64,000 nt of DNA from Owenia fusiformis (lineage: Eukaryota): NCBI GenBank assembly GCA_903813345.2, contig CAIIXF020000001.1, forward strand, positions 9,176,001-9,240,000, written 5' to 3'. The first letter of the stretch is position 1; every line of letters starts with the position of its first letter. The notes under the pieces are model-generated. The model was given only the letters and a program-made list of their open reading frames with translations. It made no database searches and was not told the origin of the DNA. Position numbers and translations under genes: made by a program. Below, piece by piece: positions 1-15,100 of the stretch.

Positions 1-116
1 GAGATGCTAATAAACAGAGTACAGAAACTAATAATGATAAAATAGATGCTAGTAATGATAGTATAGATACTAATGGTGCTACTCATGCTGCTACAGAAGC
101 TGAGTATATATCTTAC

Positions 117-170
117 CGTTTTCTTTCTAGACTGACCCGTTGCAGCCATATTCTCTTTTATTGCTACCTC
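117..170 (-). CDS. KIF13: KIF13 exon ([18 protein letters not shown])
   Basis: 54 nt, tag|GAG...ACG|gtaaga; phase-compatible, and resembles the AVxVKE motif that follows LRQ in KIF13. Confidence 0.8.
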
Positions 171-3100
171 CTAATATAGCAAAATGCAAATTAACTTTAG
201 AATATTGCATCACACAAGAGAAAAACATTAAATTGTTGAAAATAAGATTAATGAAAAAACTTTTAAACTATAACTGTGTCTTAGGCAAAGTGTAAACTAG
301 AAGTGAAGTGAACTTTATTCCATAGTTATTGTGATATTCATAGGACGTCATCTCAAAATAAAAATGGTATTTCATAATGAGTAGAAAAAATCATACTTTA
401 GCTTTCAATTAACCATCGAATACGTCTTTAGAACCATGAGAAAAATTTGATTTGAACCACTTAAACTATGGAGTAAAAAGAACAACCTATGATTTATATA
501 TTACTCAGAATATGATTTTCATCCACTCATTTGGATTGATACCTGCAGGAGCCAGCATATCTATACATGGATAAAAATCATATCATGAGTAAATCATAGG
601 ATATCCCCTAAAGAACTACATATGATATGATTACTGAATTAATAAAACAAATATCAAGCATTCGCATTTTATAATGTATGTATAAGAACTAACAGACACA
701 CACTTCGCAAACAAGCCCAACAAACTGTAGTGAATGGGCTTTCACTTCTAAATGCTGACAAACACGAAAAAAAGATCAAAAGAAATCAAAAGCATATATT
801 GTAATTTGTTAAACACAACTAAATGCACCAAAAAAAAATTACAAACTTGCCAAGCAATTCCAACTAATGACCTGAATGGCATTTTCTTTATTTGAAAAAA
901 TATTAATTCAAACATAACAAGCAAGACACTATACTTTGCAGTTTTCAAGATATTTTGTCTTATAACAAATTAGTTATAATATCTCATCAAGCCTAGTACT
1001 TCTAATGCTAGTTCTAATATCTATTTCATATTAAAATTCCAGATATTTGTTATATGGCAAAATATCTGAAATGACCAATGAAGGCAATTAGAACTCTTCA
1101 CATAGACACCTACCTGACGTAATCTATCCAGCGTCAAGATACTCTCTACAGCAGAGACACCTTTGATATATTTCTCTATGTAAGTCTCTCCATCTGTAGT
1201 ATCTTCCTCGTCATCATTGGAGGCTGCCATTTGAGCAAGAGACTCGCGATCTTCCAGGTCTTCAGAGGCTTTAGGGATGTTCGACACAACCTCGTACATT
1301 ACACCTGTAGCTTGTACCATCTCCTGTAAAGTGAAGAAACTTTCTTGAGCTGGAAAATTTCTAAAATATTCAAACAGATTGCCATTTCTGAAAAATGCTG
1401 GGGTGCATATCTGAAACTGGTCCCTGAAATCATTTGAACTTCTATATATTCTCATTTTGCAAAATAAAAGTACTGTATGATGAAGAGTCAAAGGATAAAA
1501 GTAAAAGATTAATACATGAACCTCTCCAAAAGAAACATTTAAACATTTTAAGAAAACATTGCAATCGGTATCTGAACTGGGTTATATGAAAAGATACAGT
1601 CATGGATTTATGCTGAATGTTATTTAGAAAGTAAACATTAAACACTTAGAAACAATGTTGTCATGTTATCTGTGAGATTTAGTATTTTAAAACAAAAGAA
1701 CTATTGTTACACTTCCTATATCATCATACTGCTCAAGCTATTGTGAGCTGCTCATATGTTAAAGTGGTTAATTATATATGATGGCTTAGCTCTATGGCAG
1801 AACTCTATGAAAGAGCTCTAAGGCAGTCATATTCTGGAAGCAAGTGTTTAGTCTAGAGAACTGTGTCTATGACTTTTTTATTTTTATAATTATCCCCTCC
1901 ACACCAGACTAAAAAGGGTGGCTGTGAGTGGGGCACTTTATTTGTGACATCATTAGTTAGCATCAGTAGATATTGCATTGGGCAGTGTAACAGCAGTTTC
2001 CCATGATTTTGTCACATCATTCAAAGTTTAGAATAATTAAAGGAAAAACAAAATATCTAAATTGTTTTGATCAAATTAAGCTATTGATGCACACTCAGGC
2101 ATAGCATATAAGTCACACACTATTTAGGTGAAAGACTGTATCAGAGAGATATATAAATGTACGACTGAACAGCTGAAGGGAATTGTGAGCTATTGAAACC
2201 TTTGCCAGAGGAATGAATTTGAAATAAAGGAAAGCAGTGTTGGGTAAAAACAAAGGAGGAATACACCAATCCCAGGGTTCATTTGGGTTGTATTTACTTC
2301 ACATATGGGATACAATGAGGTCACAAAATGTGTTGAGGATGGGGAGGTTACAGGACAGATCAAATAGCAAAATGCAGCTGAGCTTTAACGAGAAAATAAT
2401 GGATGCACATTGTGTATAAATCACAATATTCTAAATAAATGTAAAAAATTCAAAAAGGTTGCCTACAATATAAAGGTAAAGACACACACAAAACAGTAAC
2501 AAAGAGGGGAGATAATACATTTGGGATTAAGCAGGGAATGGGGCTAAACAAGGTACAACAAACAGTGCATACAATGAGATCTAGCAACGCCATTCAACAC
2601 TTAAATTGCAAAACCTAGGCTTACTTATACATGCCTCATTTCCAATAAAACCCCTCAATCATAAATTAACAAGCTACTAAAATTATTTGAAAAACATCCA
2701 CCATGTGTATATAGATGATATCCCTTAACCTAAATCAATGGAGGTTGATTCCCAGGTTATCCAGCAAGTACTGAACCCGCCTGCATGCACCTGTAGGGCA
2801 CATGGGAGACAACCCAACTATAACCTTCTTATTTCTAAATGATAACCTTACAATGCCATTGCATTTAAGCACTAGAGTCAGCCACTAGGTGAACCTTGCA
2901 GCGGGTAGGGAAGCATCAATCAAGACAGGCATCCTTGGATACACTCAAAGTAACACCAATTTTCCACACAAATCTTGATGACTACTTGTAATGGTTAACA
3001 AAGAATATGCATGTTCAATAACAGATTTGCCTGAAGTAAATATCAAGAAGGTATATTGTCTGAAAGACTAATCATGATCTGAGAGGATGTGGAAAACCGG

Positions 3101-6100
3101 TGCAAAAGTGTCCCAACAGATGTCAGCAGCATCAACATGACTTACACTCGCTCCGGCAAAGCTTTTTATTGTATCGATATGCTCTCCACTTAGCCCAGCC
3201 CATTCAACGTTAGATTTGATTCCATCCCATTGCTAGGTGAATAAAATCAAACAAAAGCTTCAGCCATGCAGTTTAACCACCATTGACCAACATCATTCAT
3301 TTCTTCAATGTGTGGTGTGTCATGGCTTGTTTAAGCACAATACTGTATTTAGTGTATATCATATGAATACTAACATTACATGTCAGGCCCATATCTGTGT
3401 ACAATTTACTGAGACAAAACAACTCATTCCAAAGTATCTCAAAGTTGTTGAGTTGAGATGAACATGAAGCACATAAAGAGTAGGCCAAAAGTTTTCAGCC
3501 GCTGAATGAAATTTTTTTCAAAATTTTAAGTGCGAACATGAATATAAGCTAAAATGGCCACATCAAAGAATTTTAAAAGATCCATGACAAAATGGAAAAC
3601 ATCTTAAAAATAAATGTCAGGTAAATGTCAGGCGCCTTGATTGCCAGAATGGAAGTATGGGCCTGCATGTATGCTATTACAGAAATAATGAAGTGCATCA
3701 TTAAGAAAACACTTTTGCAAAGAAATTTCTTTGGATCAATTGCTGCGTTCTAATATTTGTTTTCAAACAACATTAGAAAACAACTCTAGTTTGAGAATGA
3801 AATTCAAGTAAGTAGTAAGTTCAAACCAAACAAGTGTCGCAGCCACAATAAAATTCATGGCTCATTGCTTATATGTATTTGTTATTATTTACTTGATTAG
3901 AAGATATAAATAAAAGTTATGGTCATTAGTCGGAGGCAAAAATGAATGATGTTAATACTAATACAGCACTTTGTTATTAAATAGAAATACAGTGTTAACT
4001 TTACAAAGGATGGTACTAGAGCAGGATTTTAACCAACTGCCTCATTATTGGGCCTGGGATGAATCTAGTATTCTAATCCAAGTTTTAAGCATATAATACC
4101 AACAATATTCAACTATATCTAACTATGTCATGACTAAGATTACTGTGCTATCCTTTATTACAAGTTGTCTTCTATTGTCTTGTGATATAATATAATATAT
4201 GTGGCAGGTTATATCTGGCATGGTAAATATAAAACACAGGGTCATATCTTACAAAGCATCTTCTTGTTAAGGGAAATAAATACATGTAATTGTATATATG
4301 AAGGAAAACAATTAGCACCAACTAGCTGAAGCGTTATACTTGATTAGCAACTCAAAGCAGTTTATCTAAATGGGTTTAAAGTATATTTCAATTAAGACAA
4401 AAGAGGCAGCAAGAATGATCATGCGTAATGTGAAAGATTATGATAATCTTTGAATTAATGATTTAGAAGCATGATCTGAACTTAGACTTTTAATAGCTAA
4501 TATATTTGACTGAAATTCTCGATGGCACTGAAAATCTTCCTCAAATCAAATGATGAACGGAACAAAATGTGGTTAACTAAAAGTAAACAAAAAAACATAG
4601 ATAAGCACTTAGCAATTAGGAACAAAAGATAAACTGAACCAAAAATATGCAGATATACATATCTATTCATGCTATTTCATATAAACCTCTAAATTATAAC
4701 ATTGATTCAACTTACAAACTTTGATATCCTCTTTTTGAATTTCTCTGTGAGACTTTGTCGCTTGTAGACATTAATACAGACTCTCTTCCTAAGGACGAGT
4801 TCCATGGAGGCGGGATGGCTCAGCCGCACTACCACCTTGATGATCAGGTAAACACGCTCGTTGCTAGGGGTGACACGGTTGAGATGGATGGAATCGTGGA
4901 TAGAGCTATCCCAGGATGCAAGAGCACACACCTGAAATAATAAGCTTGTGAATTAATATTATATTTCAGATAGTTGTTATTATTTTTGAGGCGACCTGGC
5001 AAATAAACAAACCTTGTAAAAATGGATAAGATTAAAGGGAGATTCAGAAAGAATCTTAAAAACTTTGACATGAAATGGGAATAAACAAACTAATTATTAA
5101 CTTGTTTCTTTTAGATTCATGCTTATTCCACTGTCCTTTGCAAACAGAACATTCAAGTAAGTTCAATTTTAATCTCCTTCCATTAAATGGTGATTGGATA
5201 CTCAAATCTGACTAGTTAGAAGAGTCCTCCTCTAAAGGGTTAGCACTACCAGACTATATAGTCTGACCTACCTCTCTTTCATTGTATTTAATGATTGGTA
5301 GATTGTAGAACTTTGTGCCATGTTCCTTTGGTAGGATAGACATGATTCCTGCAGCCTGACCACCCTCTTTAACACTAGGGGTGCTCATATCATCAGCTGC
5401 AATAACAGTGGAGAGTTGCATAAAATACTGCAATTAATGGCAGCTGCTAGCTGTAGTAGGGTATATGGGAGTAAAAACACAAATAAGAACTCTGATTATA
5501 AAATTGGTACTTAGAGTAAGTGTCCTGAATTGATTAGAGAGATGTTCTGATATCTTTGTTCATTCTAGGTAAGTTTAAGTTTAAGTGCTTACCTGTCAGG
5601 TCTAAATATATGACAGGAACATGCTCCTCCATACCAGATGGCGGATCCCTGCAAATATAAACATTTCACTTTAGTCTTTAGCCTGCTCTACTCATTAACT
5701 GTTGGTTAAAGGATTTTGCAATAACTTTCTGAAAGACTATGATTTCATTACACTTGATTAATCTATGCAGCCTTTAAAACAAGTAATGATTTAACATGCT
5801 AAAAACGTGTGAAAACATGTAAAAAATAATATTTGGTTTAATAGTACTTTTGAAGAATTAATGCATTTAATGGTCAGAAATGAATGAATATCTGTACTAA
5901 CCAGTCAGCAGGGGCACCTGGTATGCCAGAGCCTGGCTGGGGGACTAGTACTGCATTGCGCTCTTCAGTCAAACAAACCCATTGGTCGATCAATGATTTT
6001 TCTCTCTCAGCATCACTGTCAGTCTTATCTAAACATATTGAAATAAAAGACCAAAATTAAAACTTGAAATGCAGAATAATATGCTTACAGATTTTACATT

Positions 6101-9100
6101 CTATCATATTGTTTGTGTACTACAATATAAGAGAACTTATGATTTTTAGTTGTAATAAATATTTATAGAAAGTCCTTGATTGGATGGCTGAATCTACTAA
6201 TTTGCGAATGTAATATAAATATAATATTCGGAAACATATAATGCATACCTTCTTTATGCATTATTCTCTGTATCTGCTCATCTAAATAATCCTTGCGTCT
6301 CATCAACATATCTGACCACTTCTCTCTCAGAGCAGTCAAGTCCTCTTCCTGGTAACTGTCCAGCCCCTTCTGGAGCTTGGACCTGGCACATATACACCCA
6401 ACAGATATGGATGTGATTGACTCACAAATTATGGGCAAAGTTCCTGAATCTGCAACTGGCTTTACTTTGGCAAGAATTCTCCTAGATTGACCCTGAAAAA
6501 TAGCATAAAACAAATGATAACAGAGTTAAGTTTTACAAAACAAGGCTGATATTATATAATGAAGTCTATGTATCGAGTACAGCATAAGGTAACTGGCCCT
6601 TAGACATTCAAATATAATAGAAGATGAGAAATATATCTAAAGAACATTGAGGTTCTAAAAGGTTAAGCCTTGTAGAATGTTTTGCACTTGCCTAAGGTTT
6701 GTTAGTAAGTCATGTAAACCGATGTGAAAGTGATTCACCAAGTCAAAGGTCATTTCTCAAAATGTTCACAATTCTTGTGTAAAACGTTCAACATTACTGG
6801 TGTAACCATAAAAATCATAAAAGATCAATAAGAATTCTGAAATGTATCAATGTTCAAGATATACAAGTACATCTCAGAATACTTATTCTAATTTGGATTA
6901 TCTTATGGCCTAGTCACATAGCCCGGCCGATGAGGTTCCGATGAGCCAGCGATGCAATTTTCACCGAACTCGGCCGAACACCGGCCGGACATCCGTGGCG
7001 TTTGTTGCTTAAAACCGCATCGGTGGCAGCTCGGTGAAATTTTAACTTCGGAGTTAAATTTCACCGGGCTCTCACCGAGCTCCCTCATCGCAGCCCCATC
7101 GTAACCACATCAGAACACACGTCGGCCGGTGCACGGCCGAGTATCGGTCGGTGTCCCGTGCATCTGAGACAACCAGAGGACGAGGTTTTTTTAACGGACA
7201 ACTGCCGAGCTCCGGCTGATGTGGGACAGAGCCTTGGAAAGTATAGTACCTGAAGATGTCCGGACGGAGTCCGTTCACGTCACCGAGCTCTGCTTCCGAT
7301 GAGGAGAGCTTGGTGGCACCAAAAAAATCTACCGAGCTCTACCGATGCCGGACATCGGCCGGGCTATGTGACTAGGCCATTAGCTGTAAATACCTGTCTG
7401 ATTTGATATATTCCTCCAGTTAGGACCTCAGGTTTCTGTTGTACATCTACAGGAATGTGTTCACCTTGGTCATTCAATTCTTGGACCTCAACCCACATTT
7501 CAACCTTACGTGTTAATTCATTCCACCTGCAACACAGTGCAACAGTAAAAGTCAATAGTCTTAATGTAGTAAGTTTTTTCCAAGAAACTTTTTCACTATT
7601 ACAATCTACTGTAGATATACTGCCTCAGAGCACATAAAAGTATAATGAGAAGATGTTATGCGGTTAAATATATTTCAGGCAAACCTCTTGACCACTATTC
7701 AATAACTAGTGAATCCATGCCTAAACTCTGACCTAGATGAAGGAGGGGGTAGAGAAAATGCACAATTACAGTACATACTAACCTGTCAAGCAGTGACCTA
7801 GATTTGGCCTGAACACTCTCCAGCTCCATGGTGGGGTTCAGAAGTCCAGCACTCTTGTGTCCCCACACCTCAAAGCTCAATGCCCCCTCAGAGGCATGCT
7901 CTATGAATTCCTCAGTGACCCGCACTTCAAATTCCTAAGGAAGTGAAAACAACTAGTAACAACATTAGGACCAACTGGCATTGGTTTTAGGAAGCTGTCA
8001 ATTAAAAAGTGTTCAATTTTTGATCACCAATATAGCAACACAAAATAAATATCTTAACTAAATTAAATATGAAAACTAATTCCAAAACTTACCTTCATAT
8101 GATTAAACATAAAAGACATGCCAGAATTTTTCTTCTTTGGTCCAACATCTGGTCCTATGATAGGTGGCACCACTACAGCTTCAGTGTGCCCCCACAGTTG
8201 ATACTGACAGAACACAAAGTGGGACAGGGCAGGGGGCAAACCTCTCGCTTCTTTAATACACACCTGCAACATGAATTGATAAAATATTGAAAGACAATAT
8301 GTTAACCTTTGGTCACCAAGTTTAAGTCGAAATTGAAACTCCTGTTTTTAACAGGTTGTAAAGATGTCACTAAGCAGCATGAGGGCATTGGAATTTGGTT
8401 CAACAGAACAAAATCACTAACCCAGCACATTAGAGGTGAACTCAACCTACATATTATATATAAAATGTGAACTTAACCTGTATATTAGAGATGAGTTATT
8501 ACCTTCATATAAGATTGGAATTTCACCCGCATATTTGAGATGAACTCATCCTGCATATAAGATTTGAGCTTATCCTGCATATTAGAGGTAAACTGCATAT
8601 TAGATTTAAACTTAACCAATATATCAAAGGTAAACTTACCCTGCATATGAGAGGTGAATGTACCCAACATGATATAGGTGAACTTACCCTGCATATGAGA
8701 GGTGTGCCTACAGTCAGTCTGGTATCCTGCTCCTCAGTTTGTTCATCATAAGAATAGGTACCATCAGAGTATTTCTCAGGTAAAGTTTCTCGAGATATCT
8801 CAACATGGAGTTTTCCAGCAACCTGTAAACATGTAAACCATTTCAACTGAATATTCTAGAAATCATTGAAAAGTAAGAAGTCATTGAAACATAATAATGT
8901 ATGTAATTTGATGGCGATTGGTATTTAGGAACTGTAAGACGTAACTTTACCCAAGAGTACAATGAAATTAGATTGCAATGTACTGTATGACCTATTGTGA
9001 TTTCTGAATAAAAAAAGCAACATACCAACATACTTACACATCACAAACAGAAATACACTATTCAATATAGCAAATCTAATTTGATATGAAACATCTGATT

Positions 9101-12100
9101 ATTCTTTGAAAATCATGCAGTTTTTCACCATTCTGAGGATTTTTCAAGTGGCTTTAGTCAAAGTTGTCTAATGTGAACGACCCCCCTGCAAAACCAAAAG
9201 CTGACTAAGGGCCTGAGTTAAACTATCTTACCTCCCCCTGTTGATTTATGATTGGCACATGGTAGTCAAGCTTGACGTCATAGAAGAGACACTCCAGGAA
9301 TACATTAGCGACACCAATAAGGTTATGGTTCTCCTGGGACTCGTAGAATGGATCTCCTTTAGTAGGGGGCTTACTGTCATCATCCTGTATACAGCAAATA
9401 AAAGATGAATTAATATACATTTGAATATCAAAAGGTGTAGACAGTTATTAGTTCATATACTGTGCTAGCCTGCTATTGAGAAGCTTTCCAGCAACTATGT
9501 AAGCAAAGTTTTTGAGGTTGTTCATCTCCAAATATTGTTAAGAAATTGAGATTTTTGTCATCTTCATGGGGAAACCATTTTGTCATCAATTAAACTAAGT
9601 ACTAGTAATTTAGCATAGAGGTGTTTCTATTGGGTAATTTAAATTCATACTCACATACTCCATTAAAATGATGGAAACATTGATATTGGATAAAAGAGAC
9701 AACAGTTAATGGCCTATGTTTGGCAGTGCAATATACATGCAATTCAATGTTACTGAGTGAACCATGCAATGTGGAATTTCTACTTGTGAAAAAGAGATAT
9801 CATATTATGAACAAAGCGCAAAGCATTAAAGGTTACAACATTGATTACAGTTGTCAGTGTATTTTTGTCACATATACATACAATGAGTAATAATGGGCAC
9901 AAATCACACAAAATGCGAAATAATGAGCATAAATCACGTAATATGAGTAACCATGGGCCTAGATCACAAAAGATGAGTAATAATGCATGGGCTTAAATCA
10001 CAATAATGAGTAATGATGGGAATAAACCCAAAATCGACTTAAGAAATTTATGTATGACTTTGTAAATGAGCATTTTCAATAGCAAGCACCACAACATACA
10101 ATAATTCTACATGTACTAATCTACAACACAGTTTTACGACAAATATAATTGAATGAAATAACTGAAAGAACTACTTTATGACATAATCAATTCAAAAACT
10201 ACATGTTCATGCCTTCTTCCAATATTTCCACAATTGAACAGGCCATATTATTTCAATACGATTAAACTGTACTTGCATGTGGAAATGTCAGGTTCAAATT
10301 ACAATTATTTCCTGGCAAACCCAGTTTATACTGAAGTTATTATCAAATGGTAATATGATTAAGGCTATCCTTCATCATAGTGATGAGCTATAATTTGGCC
10401 CCTCTAGTGCATTATGTAAATTTCAGCAATATAAGATGGAATAAATGAAAAACTATAATATATAAGGAATTCTTCACAATGCTGTTTAAAACACTATTTC
10501 ATTCTTATTTCTATTTCAGTTTGCTTATACAGGGTTTGCTTTGAATTCTTCTATATGTGTAGTTAAGGAGAGATTTTTGTCAAAATCTAATATTTTATTA
10601 ACTCAACATATAAAAGATTTATGAATGAAATAATAAATAAATAAAATTAAAAAGAAGTTTGGCCAATTCCATCATAAAAAATACCAAAAATATAACACAG
10701 TGCAAGTCTCAATCCCATGATTCCAGTTAGCCAGTGGCAATTTGAATCATGGGTAGAAACCTCCATTGCTCTATCACACCACATGGATTGTGTTAATGAT
10801 GGTATTGCTCAAGCTTCTTTGATGACAACAAAAGTGCAGACAGACCAAGCGATATATATGATTGTCGTAATCTACCATCATGGGGAGACCCTTGTCTTTT
10901 CTCTCTTCGTACATCTCCCGCATGTATATAATCTTAATCTCAAACTTCTCCATGGACCACACCTGACTGCCTTTGTTTTTACGTTTCACTAATATGGCTG
11001 GCTCACTAACAAATGCTCCTCGCTGAAATGAAAAACAAAGGAGATCAACACACAATCTTGGGGTATTAATATTCAGAAGTCGTCAAAAGTCATATTTGTT
11101 TATTTTTCATTTTTGTGCCCACTGGCTTACTTTATTCACTCATTTAGTACTCATTGTTAGTTAACATATATGAAGTATATTGAGAATAAAACAAATACTG
11201 TTTTACCAGGTCTTTTGAGCTGTTTAAAACTCTATATAAATTTCCAGTGTCATTTGTTTTCAAGCAGATGTCGTTTATTACCTTCCGATTGGGACTAAGG
11301 TTGGCTGCAGGGATTTGTAAAGTTACAAAGAACTCGGTTTTCTTATTCATCTCTAGAGCCAAGAAGTTAGCTTCACGGACCAGGGCCTTGGCTCGGATGA
11401 CTTCTTGACGTAACTTAGCTAGACTCTGAGTAAACATTTTCTCTCTGAAAATACAGGATCCATAATTAAACCTCTTAACAACTAACTTTTAACAGAATCA
11501 AGAGAATATATTCCAAAATGAACCTTGACTTGGAGTGCTACAATACACATGTAGAGTCATACACTTTAGTATTTTAATGTTTTCATTCCTTAATATCATT
11601 GGTCCATGATAGAGTGTATTTATGTCTCTTACCTTTCTGCAGCCCATTGTTGGTATTTAGGATGAATCGCCTGATTGGACATCCCTGATGGGACAAGACC
11701 TGCGATTGGTGGGAATGGTTGCGATGGGGTGGTGGGTGTCATTAATTGGCTACGTAAACTCTGCATTTGCTGCTCATACATTTTACGCTGTTTCTCTAAA
11801 GCATCTAAAAAATAATAAAAACACATCAAAAATTGATGCTTTCTTTTCCGGAATATCTATCCTAGTTGATTCACATTATCAATGAAACATCTGTTTAAGA
11901 GTATGTTCCTTCTGAGTATTAACATCAATGTCAATTAGAAATGCCCATTGACTTCCATACAAATGCTTCACTAGGTATATAATACTGTAAAGTCCTCCAA
12001 AAGAATTACTTACCAAGTTTTTCATCTTCATGTTGCTTTTCTATTGCACTTATAGCTTCTGTGATGGGGTCAACTGACAGTTCATGCATCATTAGCTCCT

Positions 12101-15100
12101 GCTGGGCGAAGTCATAGTCTGCTTCTTTACCAGCCTCCTTACCGGGTTCATTACTAGAGGGACCTACAAAGAAACATATCAGACAGGGTTTGAATTTTGA
12201 AGAATTGCAGAAACAAAGCCATGGATAACACCAGAGAAAATATAAATAACAGGAAGCTGCACTTTCAGGAACTTAATAATTAAAATGATCATTCTATTGA
12301 TACCACTAGTTCCTTGACTCCCTTTGATAAAACCGATTATTTTTACAAATAGGCCAGTTCAAGATCTTACCATTAACTCATAAAATCTTAAAGTCAAGAT
12401 CAATATAGCATGCTAGTGTTATTGACTTATGTTCCAGATCTACTTACTGTTTGCCTTTGGGCAATTGATTCTAAAGAAGTGGTTATTCCCCCACAATACC
12501 CTATCACCATGCTTCAGTTTGGTCCGTTCTTTCACTACTGCACCATTGACACATGTTCTGAAGGCAAATGTTCATATCAATTACATTCCAAATAGCTCTT
12601 CAGATCTTCCTTCATTGATGTTTTATAATGCTTTATAAATCAACTCATTGTGCCTTTGGACTCCCTGACATCAAGTGATTGCCTTGGTTTGTCGTCCACA
12701 CACTAAAACCTTAAATTAATGGCTATTTCATAGTTGTGTCAAGATTAGACATGGTTCACTGCCCCATATATGTCATGTGGTTCATCAAAGAGAATTGGAT
12801 ACCTGGCAGAAGAATATAAATATATAGACGAAATAGAGCCATTCTATATTGTGCATTGTACTGTACTAGAATGATATTTTTTATGAAAAATCATGATTCT
12901 GACATTACTCCACTGCAATATGACCTTTATAATGGGAGAGATAATATGATTGAGGCATTCTAAGTTGGCCCCATGATCATGATTGATCTCCAGAGAGATA
13001 TAACATGATTCTGTTTCATCAGTTAATCATCTATTGTAAAATCAATGCAGTACATAATTGTCTGAATATCCTAACTTATACACGAGCAAAGTAGTGTTAT
13101 GGCTAGCCCCAATAGAAGATATCATAGCTAATTAAAAAATATCCCATTTAAATGACAAACTGGATCCCTTCATTTTAGACTTAACTAAGCTAAGAGAGCA
13201 CACATTCACTACATACTGTACTTCCACTTATATTCCGCGTTTTGGGCATTTTGAAATTTCATGGCTATTATATTTCGCTAATTTTCATTTTTAAAAATTT
13301 CACGGCTATTAATTTCGTGGATTTGTCATACAAAATACTCTTTCGACTTCAATATTAGCCATGGTTGTTCCTTCACCCGATGATTTGGGTTTCTTATTAA
13401 GCCATTTCATTAGAATGTTTATTTTAAAACTGTAATAACGATCTTTCTTCTAATTTTTCTTCTTCAAAACTCGAAAGGTCACGTTTTTACCTATTATATT
13501 TCGCAAATTTTACAAAATGCACGAAATATAGTAGCGCGTGAAAATTACCGGGAATACAGTATATTGTTTCTTATAATCATGGAACAATGTTTATTTAACA
13601 ACAGAGGTCATTTAGTAAATGTGGATTATGTAGCAAATTCCGTGGTCAATCTCTACATTTTTTTCAAACAATTCACAATATATTTGAAGAAAACATATAA
13701 AAAATGAAAAATTGTATTCTAATAACTACTATAACGTGTTGCAGTATAATTAGTTCACTGAGAGGCAGTTATTGGTTCGAAATGCAGATGTAAATCTTGC
13801 ATTTAAGGCTGGATTATTTTTGTTGAATATCTTGCCCTGGCAATACTACATGTATTACATGCATCTCATTCAGAAGGAGGGATACCATATCCTGGCCTCT
13901 CCGAAAATATACCATATCTACTCACCGAGCTTTCTCCATTGAAGTCAAGTAAACATCCTGGTTCTCTATTTCCAGTATGCAGTGTTCGGGTAATATACCC
14001 AGGCCAGAAAGCTGGATATCTTGACTGTTCTTAGCATCAGCTCTGCCTACTAGTGTTTTGGTATCCTAAAAGAATAAAAAATAACACCCTTGTGTAAAAA
14101 GAATATAATTAATTGATGATACCACTTGTTATATTTTCTACAATAGCTATTTCAATTGTAAATTTTTTTATGATCCCTGTGAAAGTAGACATGTTTTAAC
14201 CGTAATCAAATGACATCTTATATTAGTTTAAAAATTTATTGCACTTTAGGTGTACTGTCAGTTTGGGGGGGGGGCAATTTGATATCTTTACATTGATAGG
14301 TATGATTCATATTTATATTTATTTTTTTACATGTATATAGCAACTTCTAGATTCTGATTCATATGTTTAAAGTTCATTACTTTATTTTATGAGCAACATT
14401 ATGTTTAACTGCACAGTAAAAGTTCATCTTAATTTGATTCTGAAGTTGAAATCCTCAAAGTTGCTGATTGGTCCGAAAATAAGCGTCTTATGGTATTTTG
14501 AACTTCAATGGAACATTCATATAAAATATGTATGTATTCATTCAGAAAACATCCAATGAAAAATATTGAATAATTAGCCTCCTTTTTAATAGTGTCATCA
14601 AAACAGGCACCGGACAACAATGATATAACTGTATCATGTGTCATGTTCAGTGTTTATTTCAAACAACAAGTAACTCCTCTTCATTTCGGAATTTCCATAG
14701 AAATATTGGAAAAAACATATTAACTAAACAATTTACCAATGTCCAATTACATATATTTAGACAGTAAATACATTAACAACAGAAGTCCATGTTACAATAG
14801 GGATGAAGAACTATATTTTTTTACTATACGATGACCATGTTATTTCCCTTTCCGTTAATTTCAGCCCATATGCCTCCTTTCTGAGGTGAAATATTGCAAC
14901 TAAGAATGTAGCTTAAAATTACTTCAATAGATCATGTGTGTGAGAATGTTTTCTAATGAAAGCTTAGAAGCAGAAGAGTATGATAAATTGTCCCATTGTA
15001 TTGTTTGAAGTTGTTCATAATGTTACACTGCCCCTTCAAGAGCATGCTTATTGCTTTGAGTAGTCTTCAGCTATTTTCAGAGCCATTCATGCAGCTCATC

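Noticed and set aside
2720-2790. Another possible cassette exon in the 3.4-kb intron
   Set aside because: The best acceptor/donor pair does not preserve phase 0.
6903-7278. Short GC-rich ORFs
   Set aside because: They lie within the Harbinger MITE and show no transposase motifs.
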